DNA of 64,000 bases from an uncultured Iamiaceae bacterium (GTDB lineage Bacteria; Actinomycetota; Acidimicrobiia; Acidimicrobiales; Acidimicrobilacustridaceae): assembly GCA_963767615.1 (NCBI GenBank), contig CAVYED010000009.1, positions 77,323 through 141,322 on the forward strand. Direction: 5' to 3'. The position numbers and the translations under genes are program-made. The notes under the pieces were generated by a model that saw only the letters and a program-made list of their open reading frames with translations, ran no database searches and had not been told where the DNA came from. Shown here piece by piece: positions 9,373 through 19,349 of this stretch; position 1 is the stretch's first letter, and every line of letters begins with the position of its first letter.

Positions 9373-9855
9373 ATGCCCGCGCGCGGACCAGGAGGCGATC
9401 TCCCCTCGCCCGACGACGTCGCGGCACGAACCCGGTCCCCCGACGACGAGGTCCGCCTGGAGGTCCCCGCCGAGTCCAGGTTCGCCCGGGTGGTGCGCAT
9501 CGCCGTGTCGGCATTGGCGGTACGACGGGGGTTCGACGTGTCGGTCGTCGAGGATCTCCGCATCGCGGTCGACGAATCCCTCATCCTCCTGCTCCGGGCC
9601 GCGCGACCCGTCCCCCCGGGGGAGGCACCGGGCACCGGTCCCGGCGCGGCCTCGATGGTCCTGACGCTGAGCGGGAAGTCCGGAGAGATCCGAGTCGACC
9701 TGCGCGTCGTTCCGGCACCGCCCGTGGACCCCCGCGAGCCCGATGCCCGCGACGCACTCTCCCGGTTCGCCGAGCTCGTCCCACCTCGCGTCGTGGTCGA
9801 CGAGGTCGACCCCGTGGACGGGCACGTGGCCCTGCTGCTCGGACGGAGGAACTGA
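9373..9855 (+). CDS. RsbW-like anti-sigma factor / HATPase-fold protein
   Basis: [30 protein letters not shown]. Confidence 0.7.
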   Translation: MPARGPGGDLPSPDDVAARTRSPDDEVRLEVPAESRFARVVRIAVSALAVRRGFDVSVVEDLRIAVDESLILLLRAARPVPPGEAPGTGPGAASMVLTLSGKSGEIRVDLRVVPAPPVDPREPDARDALSRFAELVPPRVVVDEVDPVDGHVALLLGRRN

Positions 9856-9877
9856 CCGGGCGGGAGAGACGGTGGGG

Positions 9878-10324
9878 TCAGCGGCCCGTGTGACCGAACC
9901 CGCCCTGGCCGCGGCTCGACGCACCGAGGTCGTCGAGATCGGCGACCTCGACCAGCACGGCCTGTTCGACCGCCTGGATCACGAGTTGCGCGATCCGTTC
10001 CCCCCGCGTGACCACGAAGTCCTCGACCGGATCGGTGTTGACCAGCAGGACCTTCAGCTCACCGCGATAGCCGCTGTCGATCAGTCCCGGTGTGTTGAGG
10101 CAGGTGACGCCGTGGCGCAGGGCGAGGCCACTGCGGGGCTGGATGAAGCCGGCGTACCCCGCCGGAACGGCCACGGCGAGACCGGTCGCCACGAGGGCGC
10201 GACCCCCGCCGGCGGAGAGCACCGCATCCTCGCGGGCGCAGAGGTCGAGTCCGGCGTCGCCGGCCTTCGCGTAGGCCGGTAGCGGAAGGGACGGATCGAG
10301 TCGCACCACGGGGAGTTCACGCAC
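9878..10324 (-). CDS. dut: dUTP diphosphatase
   Basis: [31 protein letters not shown]. Confidence 0.96.
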   Translation of the reverse strand: MRELPVVRLDPSLPLPAYAKAGDAGLDLCAREDAVLSAGGGRALVATGLAVAVPAGYAGFIQPRSGLALRHGVTCLNTPGLIDSGYRGELKVLLVNTDPVEDFVVTRGERIAQLVIQAVEQAVLVEVADLDDLGASSRGQGGFGHTGR

Positions 10325-10363
10325 CCGGCGATGGTAGGCAGGGCCGATCGGTAGATTCGTCCG

Positions 10364-10909
10364 ATGCTCGCTTGGATGGACCTCGAGATGACCGGGCTCG
10401 ACCCGACCCGCCACGTGATCGTCGAGATCGCGACGCTCATCACCGACGACGAGTTGAACCTCGTGGCCGAGGGCCCTGACCTCGTCATCCACCAACCGAG
10501 AACCGCCCTGGAGGCGATGGACGAGGTCGTGGTGACGATGCACACCAAGAGCGGCCTCCTCCCGGAGATCGAGGCGTCCACCATGTCCCTCGCCGATGCC
10601 GGCGCTGCCACCCTCGCCTTTCTGCAGGAGCACATCGAGGCCCCGCGTTCGGTGCCGCTGTGCGGCAACTCGATCGGCACCGACCGTCGCTTCCTGGCGA
10701 CCTACCTACCCGACATCGAGGAGTTCCTCCACTACCGGTCGGTCGACGTGTCGAGCGTGAAGGAGCTCCTCAAGCGCTGGAATCCGACCCTGCTCGACGA
10801 TGCGCCCCGCAAGGCCGAGGGCCACCGCGCCCTCGACGACATCCGGGAGAGCGTCAAGGAACTGCGCTTCTACCGCGACACCTTCTTCGTCCTCCCCGAC
10901 CCGACCTGA
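10364..10909 (+). CDS. orn: Oligoribonuclease
   Basis: [25 protein letters not shown]. Confidence 0.96.
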   Translation: MLAWMDLEMTGLDPTRHVIVEIATLITDDELNLVAEGPDLVIHQPRTALEAMDEVVVTMHTKSGLLPEIEASTMSLADAGAATLAFLQEHIEAPRSVPLCGNSIGTDRRFLATYLPDIEEFLHYRSVDVSSVKELLKRWNPTLLDDAPRKAEGHRALDDIRESVKELRFYRDTFFVLPDPT

Positions 10910-10914
10910 CGGGT

Positions 10915-10936
10915 CCGGAGCGCCGAACCGCTCCGG
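10915..10936 (+). terminator. Hairpin after orn
   Basis: CCGGAGCG-N6-CGCTCCGG. Confidence 0.5.
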
Positions 10937-10960
10937 GAAATGTGGGTAGCGTCGAACGAC

Positions 10961-12076
10961 GTGACCGATCCGCACCCGCACGAGCACCCTCCCGCCCGCA
11001 TCCCGAAACAGGAGCAAGAGGAGGCGTCGACGGAGATCACGGAGGTGGCCAGGGGGATCCTGAGGCTTCAGCTCCCCACGAACTTCACGGGCCTCGGACA
11101 CGTGAACACCTATGCCATCGAGGACAGCCGGGGCGTCACCCTGGTCGACCCGGGACTCCCTTCGCAGGAGTCGTGGAACGCGTTGCTCGACCGCCTGCGC
11201 GACGCCGATATCCCCTTGGCCCGGGTCCACACCGCGTACGTCACCCACAGCCACCCCGATCACTTCGGCGGCGCGCATCGCCTGGTGGAGGCCGCCGGCA
11301 CCGACGTGTTGACGTCGACCATGTTTCGCCGGTGGTCCGACGTGCTCGACCTCGAGGAGACCCCACTCGAACCGAGCAACCCCGCCGACGACGGCGAGGC
11401 CGCCACCCTCCTGGCCGCCGAACAGGACCTCGACCCCGCCGTAGCGGCAGAGCTGGAGATCTCCTTCCCGGCGTTCCGCAACTTCCGACAGCGGCTGCGC
11501 AGTGCCATCGAAGAGGGGCGCCTCGACGAGCTCGACTGGATGCGGGTTCCCCGACCCACCATCGCGGTGGACGACCAGGAGGTCGTGCGGCTCGGCGACC
11601 GTGACTGGATCGCGCTCACCACGCCCGGCCACACCCACGATCACCTGTGCATGTGGTCGCCCGAGGACGGCGTGCTGCTCTCGGGGGATCACGTCCTCCC
11701 GACGATCACCCCGCACATCGGCGGGTTCATGGGCGGCGATCCGCTCTCGGCCTACCTCGCCAACCTCGACAAGGTGGCGGCGCTCGAGGGCATCACCCAG
11801 GTGCTCCCCGCCCACGGGCACCCGTTCCCCGATCTTGCCGGCCGTTGCCAGGCCATCAAGGATCACCACGCCCTGCGCCTCACCCAGCTGGCCGACGCGT
11901 CCGCCGAGGTCGGATGGGCTCCGGTGACGCGGTGGTCCGAGACGCTCTTCTCGCCACGCAGCCGCGGACCGATGGCCGACAGTGAGACCCACGCCCACCT
12001 CGAGCACCTCCGTCTGGCGGGTCGTGCGGAGCGACGCGAAGTCGACGACGTCATCGAGTACCACGTCCTGACGTGA
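10961..12076 (+). CDS. MBL-fold metallo-hydrolase
   Basis: THSHPDHFGG, TPGH, SGDH and PAHG motifs. Confidence 0.9.
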   Translation: MTDPHPHEHPPARIPKQEQEEASTEITEVARGILRLQLPTNFTGLGHVNTYAIEDSRGVTLVDPGLPSQESWNALLDRLRDADIPLARVHTAYVTHSHPDHFGGAHRLVEAAGTDVLTSTMFRRWSDVLDLEETPLEPSNPADDGEAATLLAAEQDLDPAVAAELEISFPAFRNFRQRLRSAIEEGRLDELDWMRVPRPTIAVDDQEVVRLGDRDWIALTTPGHTHDHLCMWSPEDGVLLSGDHVLPTITPHIGGFMGGDPLSAYLANLDKVAALEGITQVLPAHGHPFPDLAGRCQAIKDHHALRLTQLADASAEVGWAPVTRWSETLFSPRSRGPMADSETHAHLEHLRLAGRAERREVDDVIEYHVLT

Positions 12077-13473
12077 CCGTCACGGCCGGGGAGCTGTTCC
12101 GCGACCGGGCCGTCGTCGCCGCTCTCGCCACGACCCTGGCCGCCACCGCGGCGGCCGTGACCCAGGTGACGGCGCTCGGCATCCTCGTCTACGACCTCAC
12201 CCGGAGCGACCTGGACCTGGGCTTCCTGGGCCTGGCCGAGTTCCTGCCGGCGATCGCACTGGTGTTGCTGACCGGCTCCCTGGCCGACCGCTTCGACCGC
12301 CGCCGGATCATCACGCTGGGGCTCGTCGGAGAGATGGCCTGCTCGGCCGGCCTCGCCGCACTGGCCTTCAACTCGAACACCTCGACGGCCCCGATCTTCG
12401 CTCTCGTGGTCGCGTTCGGCGTGGCCCGCGCCTTCCTGGCGCCGGCCACCCGGTCGCTGAGCGCCGACAACGCCCCTCCCGGCGGCCTGCCCCGACTCGT
12501 CGCCTTCAATGCCGCCACCTGGCAGGTGGCGTTGATCGGAGGGCCCGTGCTGGCCGGCTTCCTCTACGTGATCGGCCCGGCGTGGCCGTTCGTGGCCTGC
12601 ATGGCGTTCGCGGGGTTCGGGGCGATCGTCGTCAGCTTCACCCGACCCACGGAGCACGACCGGGCGATCGACAGCGGCACGAGCTCCGGTGCGTCCGTCA
12701 ACGATCCGGCGTCCGCGGCCCTGGTGGACCTGGCCGACGAGTCCCGACCCGCCGAGGTCCTCGACGGCGCGGGAGAAGCTGCGGCCGCAGCCCTCCACCC
12801 CGAGCACGCCCCGGTCGAGGTGGGTGCGCCGACCACGCCACAGGGCCGACTCCGCCAGGCGGCCGAGGGACTGGTCGTGATCCGACGGCGTCCGATCCTG
12901 CTGGGCGCCATCTCACTCGATCTCTTCGCCGTCCTCTTCGGCGGGGCCGTGGCCCTGCTGCCCGCCATCGCCCAGACCCGGCTGGGGGTCGGAGCCATCG
13001 GACTGGGGTGGCTCAGGGCTGCGGGCGGCATCGGTGCCGCGGCGATGACGCTCTGGTTGACGATCCGCCCCGTCCAACGCCACGTGGGGCGCACGATGTT
13101 CGCCATGGTCGCCCTCTTCGGTGTGGGCACCATCGCCCTCGGGATCACCCGCATCTACGCCGTCGCCTTCGTGGCCATGCTCGTGCTGAGTGCCGCCGAT
13201 GCGGTGAGCGTCTTCATCCGCTCGACCATCGTCCCGTTGGTCACGCCACCCGAGGCCCGAGGGCGGGTGCTCGCCGTCGAAGGTGTCTTCGTCGGCGCAT
13301 CGAACGAGCTCGGCGCCTTCGAGTCGGGGGTGGTCGGTGCCCTGCTCGGCACGGCCGCCGCCGTGGTGACCGGCGGCGCCGCCACCCTGGTCGTGGTCGT
13401 GGCCTGGATGGCGCTGTTCCCGGCGCTGCGACGGATCGATCGATTCAGCGAGCTCTCACCCGAGGTGCACTGA
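12073..13473 (+). CDS. MFS transporter
   Basis: About 12 TM helices; GSLADRFDRR motif A. Confidence 0.9.
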   Translation: MTVTAGELFRDRAVVAALATTLAATAAAVTQVTALGILVYDLTRSDLDLGFLGLAEFLPAIALVLLTGSLADRFDRRRIITLGLVGEMACSAGLAALAFNSNTSTAPIFALVVAFGVARAFLAPATRSLSADNAPPGGLPRLVAFNAATWQVALIGGPVLAGFLYVIGPAWPFVACMAFAGFGAIVVSFTRPTEHDRAIDSGTSSGASVNDPASAALVDLADESRPAEVLDGAGEAAAAALHPEHAPVEVGAPTTPQGRLRQAAEGLVVIRRRPILLGAISLDLFAVLFGGAVALLPAIAQTRLGVGAIGLGWLRAAGGIGAAAMTLWLTIRPVQRHVGRTMFAMVALFGVGTIALGITRIYAVAFVAMLVLSAADAVSVFIRSTIVPLVTPPEARGRVLAVEGVFVGASNELGAFESGVVGALLGTAAAVVTGGAATLVVVVAWMALFPALRRIDRFSELSPEVH

Positions 13474-13479
13474 CCGGGC

Positions 13480-14346
13480 TCAGACGACCGACCAGGGGCG
13501 GGTGAGCGCCTTGCCCGTCACGCGCCCGTCGGCGGCCAGCTTGAGCAGGTGGGCGTGGACCGAGTACTTCGCCACGGGGTGCAGCTCCGGGTCGACGTCG
13601 GTGTAGATGTCCTCGACCAGCACGGGGATCTTGGCCGTCCCCCGGGCGGCGAGGGCGTCGTACACCATCGCCTCACGTTCGATCCGGTGGTCGATGTACC
13701 ACTGCAGCAACGGCTTCGGGTCCTGGATGAGATAGCCGTGGCCCGGGGCGATCGACTTGAGACGCAGCGCCTTCACCTTCTCGAGCGAGTCGAGGTAGGC
13801 AGCCATGTCGCCGTCGGGGGGCTTGATGACCACGGTCGACCCCTGCATCACGTGGTCGCCGGAGAAGAGCATGCGCTCCTCTTCGAGGAAGTAGCAGAGA
13901 TGGTTCGACGCATGACCCGGGGTGTGGTGGGCCGTCAAGCGGAACTCGGTGGCTTCGATCTGGTCACCCTGACGGAGGCGGCGACCGACCTTCAGGCCGT
14001 CGCGGTTTCCCCAGGCGGCGATCTCGGCACCGGTGCGCTCACGCAGCGCCGCCGCACCCGGCGCGTGATCGGGATGGGTGTGGGTGCAGAGGATCCAGCG
14101 GATCCGGTCCCCGCCACACCCGGCGATCGCCTCGAGGTGATCCGCGTCGTCGGGACCGGGATCGATGACGGCGATCTCGTCGATGCCGACCAGGTAGGTG
14201 TTGGTGCCGGGTCCGGTCATCATCCCAGGGTTGGGGGCCACGATGCGCCGCACCAGCGGCGAGAGCGCCCGGGCCACGCCCGGAACGAGCGGCGGGGGCG
14301 GAGCGGGGACGTCCTCGTCGTCGTGGTCGGTCCTGGCGTCGGCCAT
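13480..14346 (-). CDS. MBL-fold hydrolase (LACTB2/Rv3677c-like)
   Basis: APNPGMMTGPGTNTY, THTHPDH, C-terminal wHTH. Confidence 0.9.
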   Translation of the reverse strand: MADARTDHDDEDVPAPPPPLVPGVARALSPLVRRIVAPNPGMMTGPGTNTYLVGIDEIAVIDPGPDDADHLEAIAGCGGDRIRWILCTHTHPDHAPGAAALRERTGAEIAAWGNRDGLKVGRRLRQGDQIEATEFRLTAHHTPGHASNHLCYFLEEERMLFSGDHVMQGSTVVIKPPDGDMAAYLDSLEKVKALRLKSIAPGHGYLIQDPKPLLQWYIDHRIEREAMVYDALAARGTAKIPVLVEDIYTDVDPELHPVAKYSVHAHLLKLAADGRVTGKALTRPWSVV

Positions 14347-14347
14347 G

Positions 14348-15304
14348 TCAGCTCGGCTCTCGTTCGTCGACGGTCGGGGCGGAGGGGACGGCATCGACGT
14401 CAACCGGGTCGAGACGACCGTGGCCGACGAGACGGTTCATCCCGGAACCGGTCGGGAGGTCGGACGGAAGGTCGGCCTCGGCATAGCCGGGGTCACCGGG
14501 CAGGGCGATCCGGAACCCACCCTCGGGCTCGGCCACGATGCGCGGCAGGATCGCCGGGACCGTCTCGATCGCCGCCGCTGCGGCCAGTACGGCGTCGACG
14601 GTCTCGAAGCGCTGGAGGACCTCGAGGCTGCGGATCGTGGGGAAGATCAGCTCGAACTCCCCGGCATGGTGACGGCCGAGCGCGTCGGCGGGTCGGATCC
14701 ACAGGTTGGCGATGACCTCGCGATCGTCGTGCAGCCCGACCTGCGCCTCGGGCGCACGGGCCACGAAGAAGCGCGTGTCGTAGCGACGCGGCGCGCCCAG
14801 CGGTGTGATCCAGTGGCTGAAGTAGTGAATCGTGTCGACGGCGAGCTCGAGGCCCTCCTCGAGGCACACGTCGACGAGACGGCGAGCGCCGGAGTCGACT
14901 GCGGTGCGGTGGGCGTCGAAACGGGCGGCGACCGCAGGGTCGTCGAAGCGGACCACATCGCCGCCCTCTCGGCCGGCCGGGCGGGCGAGCAACAGCCCGG
15001 CTTCCTCGAAGCACTCCCGCACCGCGGCGACCCAGTAGGCCAGCCCGCCCCGGTCGATGCCGAGCTGAGCCGACGCCGAGGCGTCGGTGCGACCTCGGCA
15101 GACCGCATCGAGGTCCGAATGGCGATCGACGTCGTCGACCCCGCCGCCGGGGAACACGTAGGCCCCACCCACGAAATCGCTGTTGAGGTTGCGCCGCAGC
15201 ATGAAGACCTCGAGGCCGCCCGGGGCATCGCGGAGGATCATCACCGTGGCGGCATCACGCACGGGCACCTCGCCGTGGTTCCATCGCGCCGCCGTCGCAC
15301 TCAC
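14348..15304 (-). CDS. NUDIX hydrolase (NUDT19-like)
   Basis: VFPGG, AAVRECFEEAG, HWITP..RRYDTRFF. Confidence 0.9.
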   Translation of the reverse strand: MSATAARWNHGEVPVRDAATVMILRDAPGGLEVFMLRRNLNSDFVGGAYVFPGGGVDDVDRHSDLDAVCRGRTDASASAQLGIDRGGLAYWVAAVRECFEEAGLLLARPAGREGGDVVRFDDPAVAARFDAHRTAVDSGARRLVDVCLEEGLELAVDTIHYFSHWITPLGAPRRYDTRFFVARAPEAQVGLHDDREVIANLWIRPADALGRHHAGEFELIFPTIRSLEVLQRFETVDAVLAAAAAIETVPAILPRIVAEPEGGFRIALPGDPGYAEADLPSDLPTGSGMNRLVGHGRLDPVDVDAVPSAPTVDEREPS

Positions 15305-15774
15305 CGCCCCTGGCCGAGCTCCGGCGGCAGGTCACCGGTGGGTGACGGCCGAGGGGAGACGTCGCCGATGTACTCCACGTCGATGAAGGCGGTTCCGCGG
15401 CCGGTTCCGAAACCGGCGCGTCCGCCCCACCGGGCGACGAGGCGATTCCGGAACTGCGCCCGAACCGGCGGGAGCAACAGGAGAAGCCCCGCGGCGTCGG
15501 TGACGAACCCCGGGACGATCAGCATCGAGCCGGCGGCGAGGAGGAGGCCACCGTCGACCATCTCGGCCGCGGGCACCTCTCCGCGCTCCACGACGCTGCG
15601 GGTCCGGCCCCATACGCCGATGCCCTGGCGCGTCACCAACCACGCACCACCGAGGCTCACGACGAGGAGCAGGGCGAGGGTGGGGAGGAGCCCGATCAGC
15701 CCCGACATGGTCACGATGACGTAGAGCTCCACGATCGGGAGCACCACGAAGATCGCGATCAGCACCAGAGCCAT
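15301..15774 (-). CDS. fxsA: FxsA family membrane protein
   Basis: PIVELY, LIVPGFVTD motif. Confidence 0.88.
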   Translation of the reverse strand: MALVLIAIFVVLPIVELYVIVTMSGLIGLLPTLALLLVVSLGGAWLVTRQGIGVWGRTRSVVERGEVPAAEMVDGGLLLAAGSMLIVPGFVTDAAGLLLLLPPVRAQFRNRLVARWGGRAGFGTGRGTAFIDVEYIGDVSPRPSPTGDLPPELGQGR

Positions 15775-15835
15775 GGCTCTCCATCCTACCGGCCCACCGC
15801 CGCCTGTCCCCGGGGCGCACCCCTATCCTCACCTC

Positions 15836-17162
15836 GTGCCCGACCCGGACGCGCCGCCTCCAGACCAGCCTCCCGACACCGGTCGACCCCCGTCGATCGA
15901 TGCCCTGGCCCGCTCGCTGCGCGACACCGGTCTCCCCCACCCCCTGCTGGTCGACGTGGCCCGGGAAGCGGTGGCGGCCGGTGACGCGTCCAGCGCCCGT
16001 GCACGGGCCGACGCCCGGCGGCGGCGGCTGTTGCAGCCCGTGATCAACGCCACCGGGGTGTTGTTGCACACCAACCTGGGTCGGGCGCCACTCGCCCACA
16101 CCCAGCACGCCGGTTACGCCAACCTCGAGATGGACCTGGCCACGGGCGAGCGGGGTTCGCGGCACGACCACGTGGGCGCGCTGCTGGCCCGGGCCGCAGG
16201 GGCCGAGGCCGCGATCGTGGTGAACAACTGCGCCGCGGCCGTCCTGTTGGTGCTCGCGGCCCTGGCTCGCGATCGGGAGGTGGTCGTGTCGCGCGGAGAG
16301 CTGGTCGAGATCGGCGGGGGCTTCCGGGTCCCCGAGGTGATGGCCACGTCCGGATGCCGGCTGGTGGAGGTCGGGACCACGAACCGCACCCGACCAACCG
16401 ACGTCATCGCCGCGGTCGAGGCGCCGGGCGCCGACGTGGCCGTACTGCTGCAGGTGCACCAGAGCAACTACCGGATCGTCGGCTTCACCGAGGCCGTGAG
16501 CACCGCCGAGCTCGCCGCCGTCGGTCCACCGGTCGTCGTCGACCTCGGCTCGGGCCTCCTCGACGCGGCCTGCCCGTGGCTGCCGGACGGACCGCCCGCC
16601 TGGCTGCGCGACGAGCCCGCCGTGCGCCAGACGCTGGAGGCCGGTGCCGACGTCGTGGTGTTCTCCGGCGACAAGCTGCTCGGCGGCCCGCAAGCTGGCG
16701 TGATCGTCGGTTCGACGGAGCTGGTCCAGCGATGCGCCTCGCACCCGCTGGCCCGCGCGCTGCGCCCCGGCGGCCTGGTGCTCGGGGCCCTCCAGGAGAT
16801 CGCTCTCGCCTACCTGGGTCGCCGCGCCGATCGGCTCCCGTTCTGGCGGATGGCCACCGCCCCCGAAGCCGAGCTGCGCGCCCGAGCCGCGGCCGTCGTG
16901 TCGTCGATCGGGCCGGGCGACGACGTCGACGTCGTGGCCTGCGCGTCGGTGACCGGCGGCGGCACGTTGCCGGGCGCCGAGATCCGCGTCGCACGGCATC
17001 CGGGTCCGAGGTGACCACCGCCGTGCGCTTCGCAGCGCGGATCCTCCGATCATCGCCCGGGTGGCCGATGGCGACACCATCTGCGACATGCGCACCGTCG
17101 ACCCGGACGACGACGCTCGGCTCGGCTCGGCGCTGGCTGCGGTCCTCGCCGCGAAGCGGTGA
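15836..17162 (+). CDS. selA: L-seryl-tRNA(Sec) selenium transferase (frameshift near 16984)
   Basis: VINATGVLLHTNLGRAPL, FSGDKLLGGPQAG; C-terminus PPIIARV..CDMRTV lies in another frame. Confidence 0.93.
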
Positions 17163-18907
17163 GCGACGACCGCGTCGTACGTGTCGTGGCCACGGCCGGC
17201 CACGTCGACCACGGCAAGTCCACCCTGGTCCGGGCGGTCACGGGCACCGACCCCGACCGCTGGACCGAGGAGAAGGAGCGCGGCCTCACCATCGACCTCG
17301 GCTTCGCGTCCGCGGAGCTGGCCTCGGGGGCCGTCGTGTCGTTCGTCGACGTCCCCGGACACACGAGGTTCCTCAAGAACATGCTGGCCGGGGTCGGCGC
17401 CGTGCCGGCGTGCCTCTTCGTCGTCGCGGCCACCGAGGGCTGGAAGCGTCAGAGCGAGGAGCACCTACGGATCCTCGGGCTACTGGGCGTCCGCCACGGG
17501 ATCGTCGCCCTGACGAAGGTGGGGCTCGTCGACGACGACCACGTCGAGATCGCCCACCTGGAGTTGGCCGATCATCTCGCCGACACGTTCCTGGCCGATG
17601 CCGAGGTGGTGGAGGTCGACGCCCCCACCGGACGGGGACTCGACGATCTACGCGAAGCCCTCGACCGGCTGGTCCACGACACCCCCGCCGCCCCGGACCA
17701 CGGCCGACCCCGACTCTGGGTCGACCGGTCATTCGTCGTGAAGGGGGCCGGCACCGTGGCCACCGGCACGCTCGGCGGCGGGTCGCTGCGCGTCGACGAC
17801 GAGGTCGTGCTCCACCCGACCGGGCGCACGGCGCGGATCCGGGGGCTGCAGACACTCCACCGTGACACGACCCGCGTCGGTCCCGGCCATCGGGTGGCGG
17901 TCAACCTCAGCGGGATCGAACGCTCCTCCCTGGCCCGGGGCGACGTGCTCGTCACCCCCGGCCGCTGGCACCTCACCGACCGGGTCGACGCCGAGGTCCA
18001 GGTGCTGGCCTCCCTCGAGCACCCGGTGTCACGTCGCGGGGCCCATGTCGCTCACCTCGGCGCCGGGGAGTTCGCCGTGCGCCTGCGGGTCCTGGGCGAC
18101 GACGCCCTCGACCCGGGCACCACCGGCCTCGTGCGGCTCCACCTGCCGGTCGCCCTCCCCCTCCTGCCGGGAGACCGGTTCGTCCTGCGCGAGTGGGGTC
18201 GCGACGAGACGGTGGGGGGTGGGGTGATCCTCGACGTCGACCCGCTACTGCGAGCTGCGGATGCCCGACCGGACCGGTCCGTGGATCGTGTGGTGGCCGA
18301 GAGGGGGTGGGTCGACGTCGATCACCTCGAACGGTTGACGGGTGAACGCAGGCCCGCCGACGTCGGCTCCTGGGTGGTGGCGCCGCAGGTGCTCGTCGAC
18401 ACCCGCGCCGAGGTCCGCGCCCGAATCGACGACGCCGGCCCGCGTGGACTCGAGATCGCCGTCCTCGACGAACGGCACCAGGCCGTGGCGGTCACCTTGA
18501 CCGGCATCGAGGTGGTCGAGGGGCGGGCCCGACCGGTGGGAGCCTCCCGGGTGGCCGCGTCGGCGCTGTCCGCCGACCCATGGCTGGCCGCGCTGCGGGC
18601 GGCGCCGTTCACCCCTCCCGATGCCGCGGGCACCGACCCCGCGGTCGTGAGCGACCTGGTGCAGCAGGGCCTCGTGGTGCGTGCCGACAAGGTGTGGTTC
18701 GCCGCCGACGCCGTGGACCGGGCGGCTGCCATCGTGGCGAACCTGCTCCGGGACCGGCCCGAAGGAGTGACGGTCGGCGACGTCCGCGAAGCCCTCGGCT
18801 CCACGCGCAAGTACGTCGTCCCGCTGTTGTCCCACCTCGACGCCACCGGTCGCACCCGGCGACGCGGGGACCTGCGCATCGCCGGACCTCGACTCGAACG
18901 CCCCTGA
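17159..18907 (+). CDS. selB: Selenocysteine-specific elongation factor
   Basis: TAGHVDHGKS, RGLTIDLGF, DVPGH; C-terminal wHTH STRKYVVPLLSHLD..TRRRGDLR. Confidence 0.95.
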   Translation: MSDDRVVRVVATAGHVDHGKSTLVRAVTGTDPDRWTEEKERGLTIDLGFASAELASGAVVSFVDVPGHTRFLKNMLAGVGAVPACLFVVAATEGWKRQSEEHLRILGLLGVRHGIVALTKVGLVDDDHVEIAHLELADHLADTFLADAEVVEVDAPTGRGLDDLREALDRLVHDTPAAPDHGRPRLWVDRSFVVKGAGTVATGTLGGGSLRVDDEVVLHPTGRTARIRGLQTLHRDTTRVGPGHRVAVNLSGIERSSLARGDVLVTPGRWHLTDRVDAEVQVLASLEHPVSRRGAHVAHLGAGEFAVRLRVLGDDALDPGTTGLVRLHLPVALPLLPGDRFVLREWGRDETVGGGVILDVDPLLRAADARPDRSVDRVVAERGWVDVDHLERLTGERRPADVGSWVVAPQVLVDTRAEVRARIDDAGPRGLEIAVLDERHQAVAVTLTGIEVVEGRARPVGASRVAASALSADPWLAALRAAPFTPPDAAGTDPAVVSDLVQQGLVVRADKVWFAADAVDRAAAIVANLLRDRPEGVTVGDVREALGSTRKYVVPLLSHLDATGRTRRRGDLRIAGPRLERP

Positions 18908-18919
18908 ACGGACCCGAAA

Positions 18920-18966
18920 AAGCCCCGGCGCCGGGTCGGACACATGTCCAGTCCCCGGCGCCGGGT
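18920..18966. terminator. Long GC hairpin between convergent selB and whiB
   Basis: CCCGGCGCCGGG-TC-GGACA/TGTCC-AGTC-CCCGGCGCCGGG. Confidence 0.55.
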
Positions 18967-19008
18967 ACGCAGCGAGCATCCGTCCCCCCGAACGGATGTC
19001 GCAGACCT

Positions 19009-19272
19009 TCAGCCCGTGCGTTGGATGAGCAGCTGCTTTCGCTCGAGCTCGTTGAGACCGCCCCAGATGCCGTGGGGCTCGCGGATGGCGATGGCGTAGT
19101 CGAGGCAGTCGTCCTTCACGGAGCAACCGGCGCAGATCTCCTTGGCGCGGCGCTCACGGTGGAGCTTGTCGTCCTTGCGTTCGAACTGCGGCGGCGGGAA
19201 GAACACCGCGGCCTGCGGACCGCGGCACGCTGCCTTGAGCTGCCACGTCTCGTCGTTGCGCTGCGCACTCAC
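19009..19272 (-). CDS. WhiB-family Fe-S transcription factor (WhiB3/WhiD-like)
   Basis: Four Cys (C..CxxC..C) and GIWGG turn. Confidence 0.93.
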   Translation of the reverse strand: MSAQRNDETWQLKAACRGPQAAVFFPPPQFERKDDKLHRERRAKEICAGCSVKDDCLDYAIAIREPHGIWGGLNELERKQLLIQRTG

Positions 19273-19296
19273 CGTTCACGACCCCCTTCACGAGCG

Positions 19297-19349
19297 AACA
19301 TATCGCCGCGCGAAGTCCGGAACAAGGGGTTTGTGCGACTTTTGTCACG
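19297..19349 (-). promoter_or_regulatory. whiB promoter with CRP-like site
   Basis: TTGTTC-N17-TATGTT on the minus strand; TGCGA-N6-TCACG at 19334-19349. Confidence 0.55.

Noticed and set aside
6997-9924. 975-aa ORF appearing to fuse a PNPOx-like domain to the response regulator
   Set aside because: Read-through caused by the frameshift near 8965 and an open antisense frame of the kinase; the two genes have their own starts
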